Part shown: positions 1 through 10,281 of the stretch, in pieces
Numbering within the stretch: the stretch's first letter is position 1
Layout of the letters: each line of letters begins with the position of its first letter
Virus record (IMG/VR): IMGVR_UViG_3300025888_000011
Span: 32,001 to 96,000 of that record
DNA: 64,000 nt
Reading direction: 5' to 3' (one strand)
From: a virus
Notes under the pieces: model-generated
Told to the model about the DNA's origin: nothing
Databases searched by the model: none
The model's input: the letters and a program-made list of their open reading frames with translations, nothing else
Position numbers and translations under genes: made by a program

Positions 1-185
1 ATTTTTAAATTATTATTAAAGTTTGAATAAGTTTCTTTAATATATTTATCTAATTCCTTTTCAAATTGAAACCCTTTGTGAAATGTTATTGTAACATAAT
101 TCCCACTTTTAGAAGTTTTGTCTCCTATTGTATTTGCTGATTCTTTTAATTTCTTATAAAATTCACCTATTAAAGATTTATTCAT
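1..185 (-). CDS. hypothetical protein, runs off the left edge
   Basis: ATG at 185 preceded by AGGAGG; frame MNKSLIGEFYKKLKESA... stays open to position 1. Confidence 0.6.
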   Translation of the reverse strand, partial: MNKSLIGEFYKKLKESANTIGDKTSKSGNYVTITFHKGFQFEKELDKYIKETYSNFNNNLK

Positions 186-517
186 GATGTAACCTCCTAT
201 TAATTATTATGTATTTGTTTCGTTTGTTTCTCAATTTCTTATTACATATAGAATATCATAGTTTTTATTGTTTGTAAAGTTTTATATTACTTTAGTCTTA
301 TTTGTTTTTCTTATATATTATATGATTGATATTAAAGAATAGTACCAATATATTAAGTGCTTATTATCAACTATAGTGTAGCTGAGAGCCTTTATGATGG
401 ATTATAAGAATGTAAGTGACTAATTGTACTAATAAAAATAAAGAAGCTTGTTATGGCTTCTTAGATGTTAACAATGTTTATATATTTATCTTATGTAATT
501 TAATTATTATATTATTA

Positions 518-1075
518 CTATTTAGTAGTATCATTGAAAGCGTTATATTCATTAGTCATTTCATTTACATTATTTATAGCAATATTATCTTTCTTATTAA
601 AATCAGTAACTGTTAATATTTTAATAGTTTTAAAGTTAGTTGGATTAATTTCTTTATCTGTTGTAATTAATTTAGCTTCATTTCCAATATATTTAGATGA
701 TATTTTATAAGATTCCCATTCTGTTCCTACTTTCAATATTATAGTACTTGTCGTTCCGTCTCCTGATACTATTCCATATGATTGATATGTTATTGGTTCT
801 TTAGTTTGAGTAGCTGAGATAAGAGATTTAGAAGGTTGAGTTGTTATAGTTTTATTAATAGTTCCATTGTTTGATTTGAATATAGTTGATATAAAATAAG
901 GTGTATCTAATTGATGTTCTGATATATCTGATTGAATACATTGTAATATACTAAAGTGAGAAGTATATGAAGGTAAAGTTTGATGTAATATTGGATTTAT
1001 TAAGATTGTTATTAATAGGATAATTGGAGTAGATATTTTTATTAGTTTAGATATTGATATAGTTGATTTATTCAT
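518..1075 (-). CDS. hypothetical protein with N-terminal membrane anchor
   Basis: 185 aa, hydrophobic IILLITILIN, AAGGTGG RBS. Confidence 0.7.
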   Translation of the reverse strand: MNKSTISISKLIKISTPIILLITILINPILHQTLPSYTSHFSILQCIQSDISEHQLDTPYFISTIFKSNNGTINKTITTQPSKSLISATQTKEPITYQSYGIVSGDGTTSTIILKVGTEWESYKISSKYIGNEAKLITTDKEINPTNFKTIKILTVTDFNKKDNIAINNVNEMTNEYNAFNDTTK

Positions 1076-1136
1076 TATTAATTACCACCTTTATTTTGTA
1101 TTATTATATTGATAAGATTGTAATAGATTTTTTTAC

Positions 1137-1364
1137 TTACTCTTCAATTATTATTTCACTATGACTATATCCTAAAAAGAATAATGTTGTTTCATATTCT
1201 GTTCGTCCTCGTCTACGCATTTCCTCTATCACTGGAACTTCAAATTCACTTTGTCTCTTTATTGCCAATTCTTCTGTAACACATAGACATTTTAGTTCTT
1301 CTATTGTTTCACTATCTCCATCAACTTCACATTTTATATGCTCAAATACTCCCCATACTTTCAT
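1137..1364 (-). CDS. hypothetical phage protein
   Basis: 75 aa, AGGAGGG RBS. Confidence 0.7.
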   Translation of the reverse strand: MKVWGVFEHIKCEVDGDSETIEELKCLCVTEELAIKRQSEFEVPVIEEMRRRGRTEYETTLFFLGYSHSEIIIEE

Positions 1365-1429
1365 AATAGTCCCTCCTATTTTTATTTTACTTAATTAATA
1401 TTATTAAAAAATAGTAGCTGATTTCTCAA

Positions 1430-1657
1430 CTACTCGTATATATTTAATGATACATAACATACATTTTCAAACTGCCAGTCTACATCAATACATGCTCCAC
1501 AATCTTTAATTACATTTAACTTAGCTACATTCTCTTCTATAATCCAGTTTGCAAAGTCACTATCATTTGTAGCTGTTAATATTTTATTCCATTTCTTTGT
1601 GATTGTCTCAATTGTTTTTCCTTTAATTAGTGCATCTATAGTTTTAATAAGTTTCAT
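1430..1657 (-). CDS. hypothetical phage protein
   Basis: 75 aa, GAGGAG RBS, consensus promoter upstream. Confidence 0.7.
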   Translation of the reverse strand: MKLIKTIDALIKGKTIETITKKWNKILTATNDSDFANWIIEENVAKLNVIKDCGACIDVDWQFENVCYVSLNIYE

Positions 1658-1696
1658 TATTAATCACTCCTCTTTAATATGTATCTTGTAATTACT

Positions 1697-1725
1697 ATTA
1701 TATAGATATTTTATATTATTGTCAA
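1697..1725 (-). promoter_or_regulatory. sigmaA promoter
   Basis: TTGACA-17 nt-TATAAT on minus strand; spacer carries ATAATATAAAA. Confidence 0.8.
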
Positions 1726-1786
1726 TACTATATTTAAATTCTTTTTATATTATTTATCAGAACACACAAAGTGAAAAGGGAGAGGA

Positions 1787-2335
1787 TTATCTTACTATTG
1801 ATAACCCTTTTAATATTTTTTCCATTTGTGCTATTCTTTTATAAGGTCTGTTACTTCCATTTACCCATTGTACAAAACATTCTGCAAAGTTTTCCATATA
1901 GTTTACATTAGCATATTTTGACTTGCCTGCTATATCAAATTTAATCATTCTATCATTCAAGTATGTTTCATGTATATAATGTCCTATCTCATGTATTACA
2001 GTATCTTCATCATATTTAGTTTCTTTTAATGTTATACATTCTCTGTAGTAAAATCCTAGTGTTTTTTTACTATCTCCTAAACTTTCCATTTCGGAATCAG
2101 CAATGATTTTTATTGTTGGTATTTTAATGTTTAATTTTGCAAGAACTTCCTTGACAGCCTTTTCTGATTTTGTTAAGTTTTCTATTATTTCAACTTCTGA
2201 AGCGTCTATACTGTAAAAATCATTTTCAGTTTCAATGTGTATTACATTATTTCTATCTGTGCAATCAAATACTTTACCTATCATACCATTAAATTTTACT
2301 GTTTTATTTAAATATTTTTCTATGTTGTTTTTCAT
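1787..2335 (-). CDS. zincin-like metallopeptidase (HExxH)
   Basis: VIHEIGH plus downstream Y...ENFAECF third-ligand motif. Confidence 0.7.
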   Translation of the reverse strand: MKNNIEKYLNKTVKFNGMIGKVFDCTDRNNVIHIETENDFYSIDASEVEIIENLTKSEKAVKEVLAKLNIKIPTIKIIADSEMESLGDSKKTLGFYYRECITLKETKYDEDTVIHEIGHYIHETYLNDRMIKFDIAGKSKYANVNYMENFAECFVQWVNGSNRPYKRIAQMEKILKGLSIVR

Positions 2336-2510
2336 TTTTAAAACTCCTTTTGTCTTAACTGCTTATTCTCATAAGTCAGTGACTTATTTAAGTTTTAAAA
2401 ATGAAGCGTTGCACCATCTACGGATACACTCGGATTTTAATTGGTCACTTCATTTTTAGGATTGTAACGCATCCCTGCAAGTAGTAAATTAATTCCTTAC
2501 TACAATTACT

Positions 2511-2539
2511 ATTATACTGATATTTTATATTATTGTCAA
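2511..2539 (-). promoter_or_regulatory. sigmaA promoter
   Basis: TTGACA-17 nt-TATAAT, near-identical to the promoter at 1697-1725. Confidence 0.8.
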
Positions 2540-3448
2540 CACTATTTAAAAATTCTTTTTATATTGTTTTATTAATTTAAAGTTTTATTTTTGTTTATCT
2601 TCTTACTTTATTATATGTTGAACTGTGTTAAATAGTACCTAATTATAATGTTATTCTAAAATAAAGTTGATATAAATATTATGTGATTATATTAGTTAAG
2701 TGATTGATTGTAATACTATTACAGAGTATCTAATGGCTTATATAAGCGTTATTATGAGTATGTTAATATAATTGTATAGAGCAATATAATAGATAGACTA
2801 ATGATAATATATGTTGACTGAGTAATGTATAAGTAATGTAATGATAGTAACATAGTGTTCCTTTATATAATATAGTTATATATGATTGCATATCAATAGA
2901 GTAGTGACTACATAAATTAGTGTTACTATTACATTATAAGTATGTTAGGCAAGACGTGAGTGAGTAAGTGTTAGTATATTGTATATACTATATGATTAAT
3001 GTATGACATAAAAGCCAGTGATAGTGTGTTAGATAATACCAATAGTATAATAGTATAAGAGATAACCTAATAAGGTATATAGTATTATAGTATGTGTATA
3101 GTAGTGTTAAGTGTATGGTAGTTAGTTTGTAAGATAGTATATATAATTACTATATAAATAGAGATAAGTATATAGGATAAGTGTATTAGTTATATAGCAC
3201 ACCAATAGATTAATATAATAGTAGCATAATAGATAAGATAGATTGAGATAAGGTATAAGATAGTATCATATGATATGTTATCTATATAGTAATAGCATTG
3301 TAGTATAAGAGTAATGGTATATATGTGTTGTGTATGATATAGTCATATGTTAGATGCTCTATTAAGTATATAGTAATAGCATTGATATAGTTAATAAGTT
3401 ATCAATAGGTTGTGCATATATGTAACAGATAAAGATAATAGATAGTAA

Positions 3449-3654
3449 TATACCCTATATAGGTATAAGATAATAGATAGTAGTATATATGTGTTTAACG
3501 TAGTGTATGTAACATATTGTTATACCCTTGACTATATATGTATACCTATACTAGGTATAATGATTATTAGTTATATAAACATAAGGTGTGTAAGGTATTA
3601 AGAGACATATAATAAGTATACCCTTTAATAAATTAGGATACCCCTATTGGGTAT
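3449..3654. repeat. three ATACC-N7-GGTAT palindromes
   Basis: TATACCCTATATAGGTATA (3449), TATACCTATACTAGGTATA (3541), ATACCCCTATTGGGTAT (3638). Confidence 0.7.
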
Positions 3655-4630
3655 AGGATATTAAATAGAATACGTCATACTATATAAAAAACTTAATAAC
3701 GATTTTGGGACGTATGCTAATTTTTTAAAATTCAGGTATCCTATTATAATATTAAATGCTAACTAACAATATTTACTCATTAGACTAGCACAACACCTAC
3801 TCATATACGTTCAGTTTAATTAAATCTATCTCTATTTGATTCTAATTGATAATACATACACAAAATTGGGTTAATATTAGAGTAATTTTAATTAATTTAT
3901 TAGTATAAAGGAACAAGTGTTCAATTCTATAGGACTAAATATGTATTTAATAACATAGAATTAGTGTTTTAAGTGGTAAAACTGGTATTATTTTGTGTTG
4001 TAATTATAATTGAGAATGGTTTAAAACGTAGGATATACCATAGATGGGGGCATAATTATCACTTTAGCACTTTAGCGTGGTGACGTATATCCCATGGGTA
4101 CAACAAGGAATAGGCACATCCCAATTTATCATTTCATATATTTCACATTATTTTATTCTCAATCAGCTATATTAATCATTAATTAATTTACTTTCTTATA
4201 AATATTAGTCTTGGTTTTATTCACATAATATTCACATTATATCCTTCTTATATCAAATAATCCCTAATTTAGCTCGTAGAACGTTTCGTAACTATGTAGG
4301 GAATATAACACCTAATCCCATTTTAAACCTCTTAGAATTAACCTCATATATTGCCCTTTATTATATATCAATCTCCTACAATCCCTTATTATACCTACGT
4401 TTAGTTCGACAACTATATTTATTTTCCTATTTAAACTACTATATTTATAAAACAGGGGCTATAATTTCCATTATAAATCCTTATATACTTTACCTTACAT
4501 CACCTTTTATAAATATAAACAAAATAATATTCAATTAATCTATAATAATTTTACATAAAAAAATAAAATAGAAAGTGTTTTCTCTCTATTTTTAGTAATA
4601 AATTAATATCATATAACTTATTTAATTTTA

Positions 4631-4813
4631 TTAATTAAAGTTATTTTCCTTTTCTCTTTTACTCATTGAATAAACTTGACTAAAAAATACAATTGTCATT
4701 ACAACTAACATTATAATATCATTCTGTACAATATATACAGATATAAAATATAATACTAATAATTGATTTAAACTCAATAATATTTTTACATAATCCATTT
4801 CCCTATTTCTCAT
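4631..4813 (-). CDS. small two-TM membrane protein
   Basis: 60 aa with two hydrophobic segments. Confidence 0.5.
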   Translation of the reverse strand: MRNREMDYVKILLSLNQLLVLYFISVYIVQNDIIMLVVMTIVFFSQVYSMSKREKENNFN

Positions 4814-5002
4814 TCCCTATAATTATCTATTCTCGTATGTATTATATTATAAAACTAAATTAATATACTCTTATCTCATTTGGTAATTATTTCAGACACA
4901 TAAACATGTTCTAGCAAAATAAAAAAGTAGAAGAATAAAATTAATCTCCTACTTAAAACTTATGTATTATTATATTAACATTAACATTTCAAAATAAATA
5001 AA

Positions 5003-5164
5003 TTAAACTCCTAATCCTCTTTTTAACAAACAAATATATTCTTCTATTTTCTTATATACAATTATTTCAATTAAATAAACTTTATTAATAAATTCCCTTT
5101 TCTTTATTTCTCTATTTAAATTTTTATATTGTTTTATATATTTAATCTTATCTCTATATTCCAT
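5003..5164 (-). CDS. small basic hypothetical protein
   Basis: 53 aa MEYRDKIKY...RGLGV, AGGAGG RBS; below ORF-track cutoff. Confidence 0.5.
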   Translation of the reverse strand: MEYRDKIKYIKQYKNLNREIKKREFINKVYLIEIIVYKKIEEYICLLKRGLGV

Positions 5165-5718
5165 TTATAATGCCTCCTAAGTAATTATATTTTACTTTAT
5201 TTATATTTCAATAATCAATCTTATAATAATAGTATATCACATTCTCAATATTATATACATAGTTTTATATTACTCTAATATATTTATATTCTTTTTAATA
5301 ATGCATTAATTATATTGTCTAGTTTCTTCTGTATTTTACTCTGTTCTATTGATAATCTATTATATTTACAGTTATTATATCAATATTATTCTATATTCAC
5401 AGGGGACTATAATTTCCATTCTAAGCCATTGTAATATAATAGATACTAGTGTACCTAAAATTTAATCAAACAATGTAGGGAGTATTGTATGGGAGGGGGT
5501 TATGAATTCATTAAATATGTTAATCTCTATATATGACTATACCCTTTATGAAAAATAAGTAAATAAAAAAAAGAGTAATATTTCTATCACTCTAATGAAT
5601 ATTATTATATTAAATTATATTTGTCTGTATTTATATTGTCAGATTATTTGACAAAAATATTATTGTCAATATAAATATGGTTATTTATTTCTTTATATAT
5701 TATTGTTATGAGATTATA

Positions 5719-5985
5719 TTATATAGTTGTTTCTATTTTTTCTTTTTTAACAAGCCTTATCACTTTATTTATAACTCCAGTTTTATCAATTATTACTTTA
5801 GTCACTTTATTTAAACTCATTAGAAAAATACATTGTCCAATTAATGGCAATCCTATATAACCTGCTCCTACTAAAACTCCTAATGTAGTATATAAAACAG
5901 TATTGGTAGTTGCTTTTGTATTTATGGCAAGTTGTTCGCACTTAGCTCTTTTCATAATCATATCATCCATACATATATATTTCAT
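5719..5985 (-). CDS. small membrane protein
   Basis: 88 aa, hydrophobic core, AAGGAG RBS. Confidence 0.7.
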   Translation of the reverse strand: MKYICMDDMIMKRAKCEQLAINTKATTNTVLYTTLGVLVGAGYIGLPLIGQCIFLMSLNKVTKVIIDKTGVINKVIRLVKKEKIETTI

Positions 5986-5997
5986 GCTTTAGCTCCT

Positions 5998-6252
5998 TTA
6001 TTTAATAATGTGTAATGTTTTAAGGAAATCTTTCCAACCAGCAAAACTAGCTTTTGTTAATGTTAATAATACAGGGGGATGCGTATTTAAATAATGCATA
6101 TATTGAACGACATCTGTAGCAATAGCACTTACCCCTGTAAATTTAATTAATCTAGCATAATCTTTTTGGTCTAAAGATTTCATTGCAATTTCAGATAATA
6201 AAGTTAATCCAGTAATTTTTATAACGTCTCCTACTAAAAATCCAAATGTCAT
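5998..6252 (-). CDS. SpoIIIAC/SpoIIIAD-like small membrane protein
   Basis: VIKITGLTLLSEIAMKSLDQKDYARLIKFTG resembles the SpoIIIAC pattern IFKIAGIG...GKKEYAQWVTLLG. Confidence 0.55.
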   Translation of the reverse strand: MTFGFLVGDVIKITGLTLLSEIAMKSLDQKDYARLIKFTGVSAIATDVVQYMHYLNTHPPVLLTLTKASFAGWKDFLKTLHIIK

Positions 6253-6288
6253 AATATTCTCCTTATTATTATTTGTTGAGAGATTGTG

Positions 6289-6477
6289 TTAAAGATTTCT
6301 AAGAGCTTTAAAGAATCCCACAGTTGTAGTTATAACTGTTACTCCTGCTATAGCAAATCCTGTCAATCTAATATATTGTGCATAATCCTCTTTACCAACC
6401 TTCTGGCATATACCTTCTGCAAAAGCACTTATAACACCTGCACTTGCTAAAGTTATTATTGAACTTGCTAATCCCAT
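6289..6477 (-). CDS. SpoIIIAC-like small membrane protein
   Basis: 62 aa, GVISAFAEGICQKVGKEDYAQYIRLTGF; length and GKE(D/E)YAQ motif match SpoIIIAC. Confidence 0.65.
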   Translation of the reverse strand: MGLASSIITLASAGVISAFAEGICQKVGKEDYAQYIRLTGFAIAGVTVITTTVGFFKALRNL

Positions 6478-6577
6478 AATATATTCCTCCTTATGAGAAC
6501 TTCTATATAATCCAAAACCTACAACACTATATAGATTTTGAGTTATATAGAAGTTTCCCTCTATATATTTTTTGTGA

Positions 6578-6910
6578 TTATGAATGCCATTTGTGTCTTA
6601 ATTGTTTTGCTGTTTTAAAATCAATAATATTACTTTCTCCATTTATGACTTTCTTTTCAATTTGTTTTACATTTTTCTTAGTTTTACTTAAATATTTATT
6701 TGTTGATTTTCCAATATTATATACTCTTTTACTTAAAATTTTTATTACTCTTAGAACTCCTCTTATTGATAAATAAATGTTCTTAAATGTTATAGCAATT
6801 ATTTTACCTAAAAGAGTATGAGCTAAAAATAATTTTGTTACAAAACCTACAATAATTAATGCAATACTCATCTGTAACAGTTCCTTTATTATTTGAATAA
6901 TAGTGTTCAT
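6578..6910 (-). CDS. membrane protein with basic C-terminus
   Basis: 110 aa, N-terminal TM, AAGGAG RBS. Confidence 0.7.
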   Translation of the reverse strand: MNTIIQIIKELLQMSIALIIVGFVTKLFLAHTLLGKIIAITFKNIYLSIRGVLRVIKILSKRVYNIGKSTNKYLSKTKKNVKQIEKKVINGESNIIDFKTAKQLRHKWHS

Positions 6911-7714
6911 ATTTATCTCTCCTTAGTTTTTTAAAAATTATTAATCATAAGTTTGTAAAATAAAATCCTTTGTATATAGATATTTTAATTTCTAATTTTG
7001 CAAATAATCTATATTCGATATTTAAATTCTATTGAATAAGTCTCATATAATTTTTATAAATAAACTTTATTGCTAACATTTAATTATAAATATCTATTAT
7101 CTATAATTAGTATTACTTAATATGTTTTAAGACCATTATGCCCTGCCCCTTATTAGACTATATAACTATAGAAATAAATACTATAATTAAAGTAACAATA
7201 AATCTATTTATAAAACTATATAAATCATTCAAGGAATTAAATATGAACAAATTATTTCTAATAGACTTATAAAATATCTACAAGCTTTTGTATCCTTAAA
7301 TTCCTTTGTATACTATATAGTATTCCTTATAGTATATTTAGTTACAATATTTGAATAATTTATGATAATTATTTTTTAGTAACCTAAGTGGATTTTATTG
7401 TTATATAATATTTTGGTAATATATTCTTTATATAGATATGTTTAAGTATAATGGTATTTTAAACTATGGCAATTTTGGAATATTGTGGAGAAGTTATTTA
7501 TTTTATAAATAAAGTTTTTGTGTGAAGCAAGATATTCGTTTCACTCACTCTTATCTTATTGTAATTATTTTTTATTGATATAACTATGTTTATAGGGTGT
7601 AATTAAGTGTCTGTAGAGTAATAAGGTATATTATAGGGTATAACATAGAGTAATGATTAATTGAGGTTATTAGATATACTATAGGTTGCTTAATTCGCAT
7701 ATCTATTTTAGACA

Positions 7715-7748
7715 TAAAAATATCCTAACTAAATTAATAGCTAGGATT
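7715..7748 (-). terminator. intrinsic terminator of FtsK/relaxase operon
   Basis: ATCCTA(A/G)CT inverted repeat followed by a T-run on the minus strand. Confidence 0.55.
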
Positions 7749-7772
7749 GAATTTTAGATTTGAAATATATCA

Positions 7773-8366
7773 TTATAAGAATATCTCAGAGAAATTTTTT
7801 AGACTATAGTCTAATCTAATTACAGGATATATTTTGGTATTATAATTCTTATGAGTTCTATCATCAATCAAAATCATTCTTGGTATTTTACCTTCACAAG
7901 CATGGATGATTTCATCCTTCGCGTTATCAAATCTATCTAGGTTGAGACTGTTATTGCTTTTATTTACTTCTATTAAATTTCTAAATCTAAAACCACCATA
8001 TTCATATATCATAAGAGCATCACTTCTCAACTTTCCATTCATCCATTGCCTTTCTAATTCAAACTTTTCAATATTTGCACCACTAGCGAGTAGTTTGCAG
8101 TAATAATCCATTAAATATATTCTATGAGGTGAATTAGATATCTTTTTTACGTCTGTATCAATATCTACAAATAATTTTATTTTTAAAGCTGTATTAGTTA
8201 TTATTTTAAGTCTATGCTCAATCTTACATAATCGTTGAAGCCTACATCTGCTGTATTCGTATCCTCTCTTCATATCAGGGAACGCTATAAGTCTTGCTTC
8301 CTCTATACTTATAAATGAGTATTTCTCAATATGTCTTAGTATTAATCTATCTTTTACTGTTATCAT
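7773..8366 (-). CDS. replication-relaxation (Replic_Relax/MOBC-like) protein
   Basis: N-terminal wHTH-like KDRLILRHIEKY, H motif, RSDA...LIEVN nuclease core; overlaps the FtsK stop. Confidence 0.7.
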   Translation of the reverse strand: MITVKDRLILRHIEKYSFISIEEARLIAFPDMKRGYEYSRCRLQRLCKIEHRLKIITNTALKIKLFVDIDTDVKKISNSPHRIYLMDYYCKLLASGANIEKFELERQWMNGKLRSDALMIYEYGGFRFRNLIEVNKSNNSLNLDRFDNAKDEIIHACEGKIPRMILIDDRTHKNYNTKIYPVIRLDYSLKNFSEIFL

Positions 8367-9985
8367 TTTATTATCTTCTCCTTTCCTGTTTCTTTAGGTG
8401 GACTCCACTCCACATAACCTTCAATATTTTTTGTGTTTTCTTTTACAATATTATTTAATTCCTCTACACTTGTTGATTCTACATCAATATATTTAGTTTC
8501 TGTTAATAATTTATTATATGATTCTGCGTCATGATTATCTCTTCTTGTTTTAAAATCCATTATTCTTTTTTCTAGAATATCATTCTGCTTTTTTATTTCT
8601 CTCTCTAATTTTTTATTTTTCTTATTTAATTCTTTTTCTCTCTCAATTATTTCTTGTTCTTTTTCTTTAAGTTTTTGTTCATATGATATATCTTCCTTTC
8701 CTGAAGTATCTTCTTTTTTAGGATTAGTTTTCTTTAATCGTTCTACATCATTAAAAATATTGCTATGATTAGGGTTAAGTTTATCCTTTATAAATTCCAT
8801 AATCATAGGGTCATCGATGAAGGGGGTTTGTAAAAAATCATAAGCTAATGTTTTATATACAGCTACCCTTCTTGGTAAATCTAATGCTATTTGGCTATCA
8901 TCCGTAGCAACTTCACTAGATTTTGAATTTGATGCACGGAAAGCTATTTTCAAATTAGATAATGACTTGATAAAACTGTTTAATAGTACTGCCGTAGGTT
9001 TCTGTAAACAACTTATTAAGAATAAATTATTAGACCTTCCATATTGTGCTAAAGAGGCTAACAAATCATCTACAATTTTCTTTTTTTCTTTAACATTTTT
9101 ACTATCAGAACCTTTTTCAGCAATACTAGCCATTTCATCAATACACACCCAAATAGTAGGTTGTTTATTGTTCTCATGGAGTCTATTATAATCAGTAATA
9201 TTACTTCCTAATCCTTTCTGTTTAATAGTAGCAACTAATTTTGTCCTTCTCTTATTTTCTAATTCTAAATATTGTAAAATAGTCACAGCTTTATCTAAAT
9301 CGTCTGCAAATCCCTTACAAATCGTAGCATCCTTATAAAGTAATAAATCACATTTATCTAATTGTATTAAGAAAAGTTGTAAGTCTTTTACATCATGATT
9401 ATATACTTGCGTTGCTAGAGAACAATCTAACAATTTTGATTTACCTGTGCCTGTTGTGCCTGAAAGTAATACTTGACACCATTTATTTAAATCAATAATA
9501 ATAGGAGTTCCATCAAACATATCACCTATATATATTTCCCAAGGTTCTGTTTTTGGTGGAGAAAACTTCTTATTCATAGTTATTTTAGTTACTATCCTAA
9601 TGTCCATAGATAAATCTAATCTTTCTTTATTATATATAAAAATACATTGTAGTCCGTCTTCAATTTTATCTTGTATAGTTTTTAAAGATGAAAAAGTTAA
9701 ACCTTTAGGACAATGTAATCTTGCTTTAAATCCAAACTCCTCATACTCTATCTTAGTGAAAGTAAATGTTTTGTTATCTGTAGTATATGTTTTAGTTTGG
9801 TACATAATATCTTTCCAATCCTCAATCAACTTTGCTATTTTAGTTTTTTTATCTTTCTCAATTTTCTTTATATCTTTTAATTCCTTATTCTTTTTAGCTT
9901 TATCTAATTGTATAATCTTTTTGTTTATATTAGATTTACTTAATACTTTCTTTTTACCATTAAGATGCTTTGAAAAAAGTTTCAT
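8363..9985 (-). CDS. FtsK/SpoIIIE-family ATPase
   Basis: Walker A GTTGTGKS, Walker B VCIDEM, QYGRS...LQKP motifs. Confidence 0.9.
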   Translation of the reverse strand: MKLFSKHLNGKKKVLSKSNINKKIIQLDKAKKNKELKDIKKIEKDKKTKIAKLIEDWKDIMYQTKTYTTDNKTFTFTKIEYEEFGFKARLHCPKGLTFSSLKTIQDKIEDGLQCIFIYNKERLDLSMDIRIVTKITMNKKFSPPKTEPWEIYIGDMFDGTPIIIDLNKWCQVLLSGTTGTGKSKLLDCSLATQVYNHDVKDLQLFLIQLDKCDLLLYKDATICKGFADDLDKAVTILQYLELENKRRTKLVATIKQKGLGSNITDYNRLHENNKQPTIWVCIDEMASIAEKGSDSKNVKEKKKIVDDLLASLAQYGRSNNLFLISCLQKPTAVLLNSFIKSLSNLKIAFRASNSKSSEVATDDSQIALDLPRRVAVYKTLAYDFLQTPFIDDPMIMEFIKDKLNPNHSNIFNDVERLKKTNPKKEDTSGKEDISYEQKLKEKEQEIIEREKELNKKNKKLEREIKKQNDILEKRIMDFKTRRDNHDAESYNKLLTETKYIDVESTSVEELNNIVKENTKNIEGYVEWSPPKETGKEKIIK

Positions 9986-10208
9986 TCTTCTTATTTCCTC
10001 CTACTCTATTACTTATTCGTTGTTGAATTTTTTTAGACTTAACTATTCTATCTGTAATATCATAAAAAACTAATTTATCTACATTTTTCTTCCAAACTCC
10101 TTTTACATATATATAAGTTCCAAATCCTACTAGAAATACTGTAGAAGCCCCAATTTCTATAGCATGAGCAAGTAATATTGCCGATATAGTTCCTATCATA
10201 ATTTTCAA
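9960..10208 (-). CDS. small membrane protein leading the FtsK operon
   Basis: 82 aa, two hydrophobic segments, AAGGAG RBS, TTG start. Confidence 0.65.
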   Translation of the reverse strand: MKIMIGTISAILLAHAIEIGASTVFLVGFGTYIYVKGVWKKNVDKLVFYDITDRIVKSKKIQQRISNRVGGNKKNETFFKAS

Positions 10209-10231
10209 TCTCCTTTATAAACTATTAGTAA

Positions 10232-10261
10232 TACTATATGTTATTCAACTATTTAAAGTAT
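10232..10261 (-). promoter_or_regulatory. sigmaE/sigmaK-like sporulation promoter
   Basis: AC-17-CATATAGTA (also ATA-18-CATA) upstream of the FtsK operon. Confidence 0.45.
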
Positions 10262-10281
10262 TGTGACAAAATAAAGTTTAA

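Noticed and set aside
416-616. 66-aa plus-strand ORF
   Set aside because: Overlaps the 518-1075 gene in antisense, low complexity, no convincing RBS
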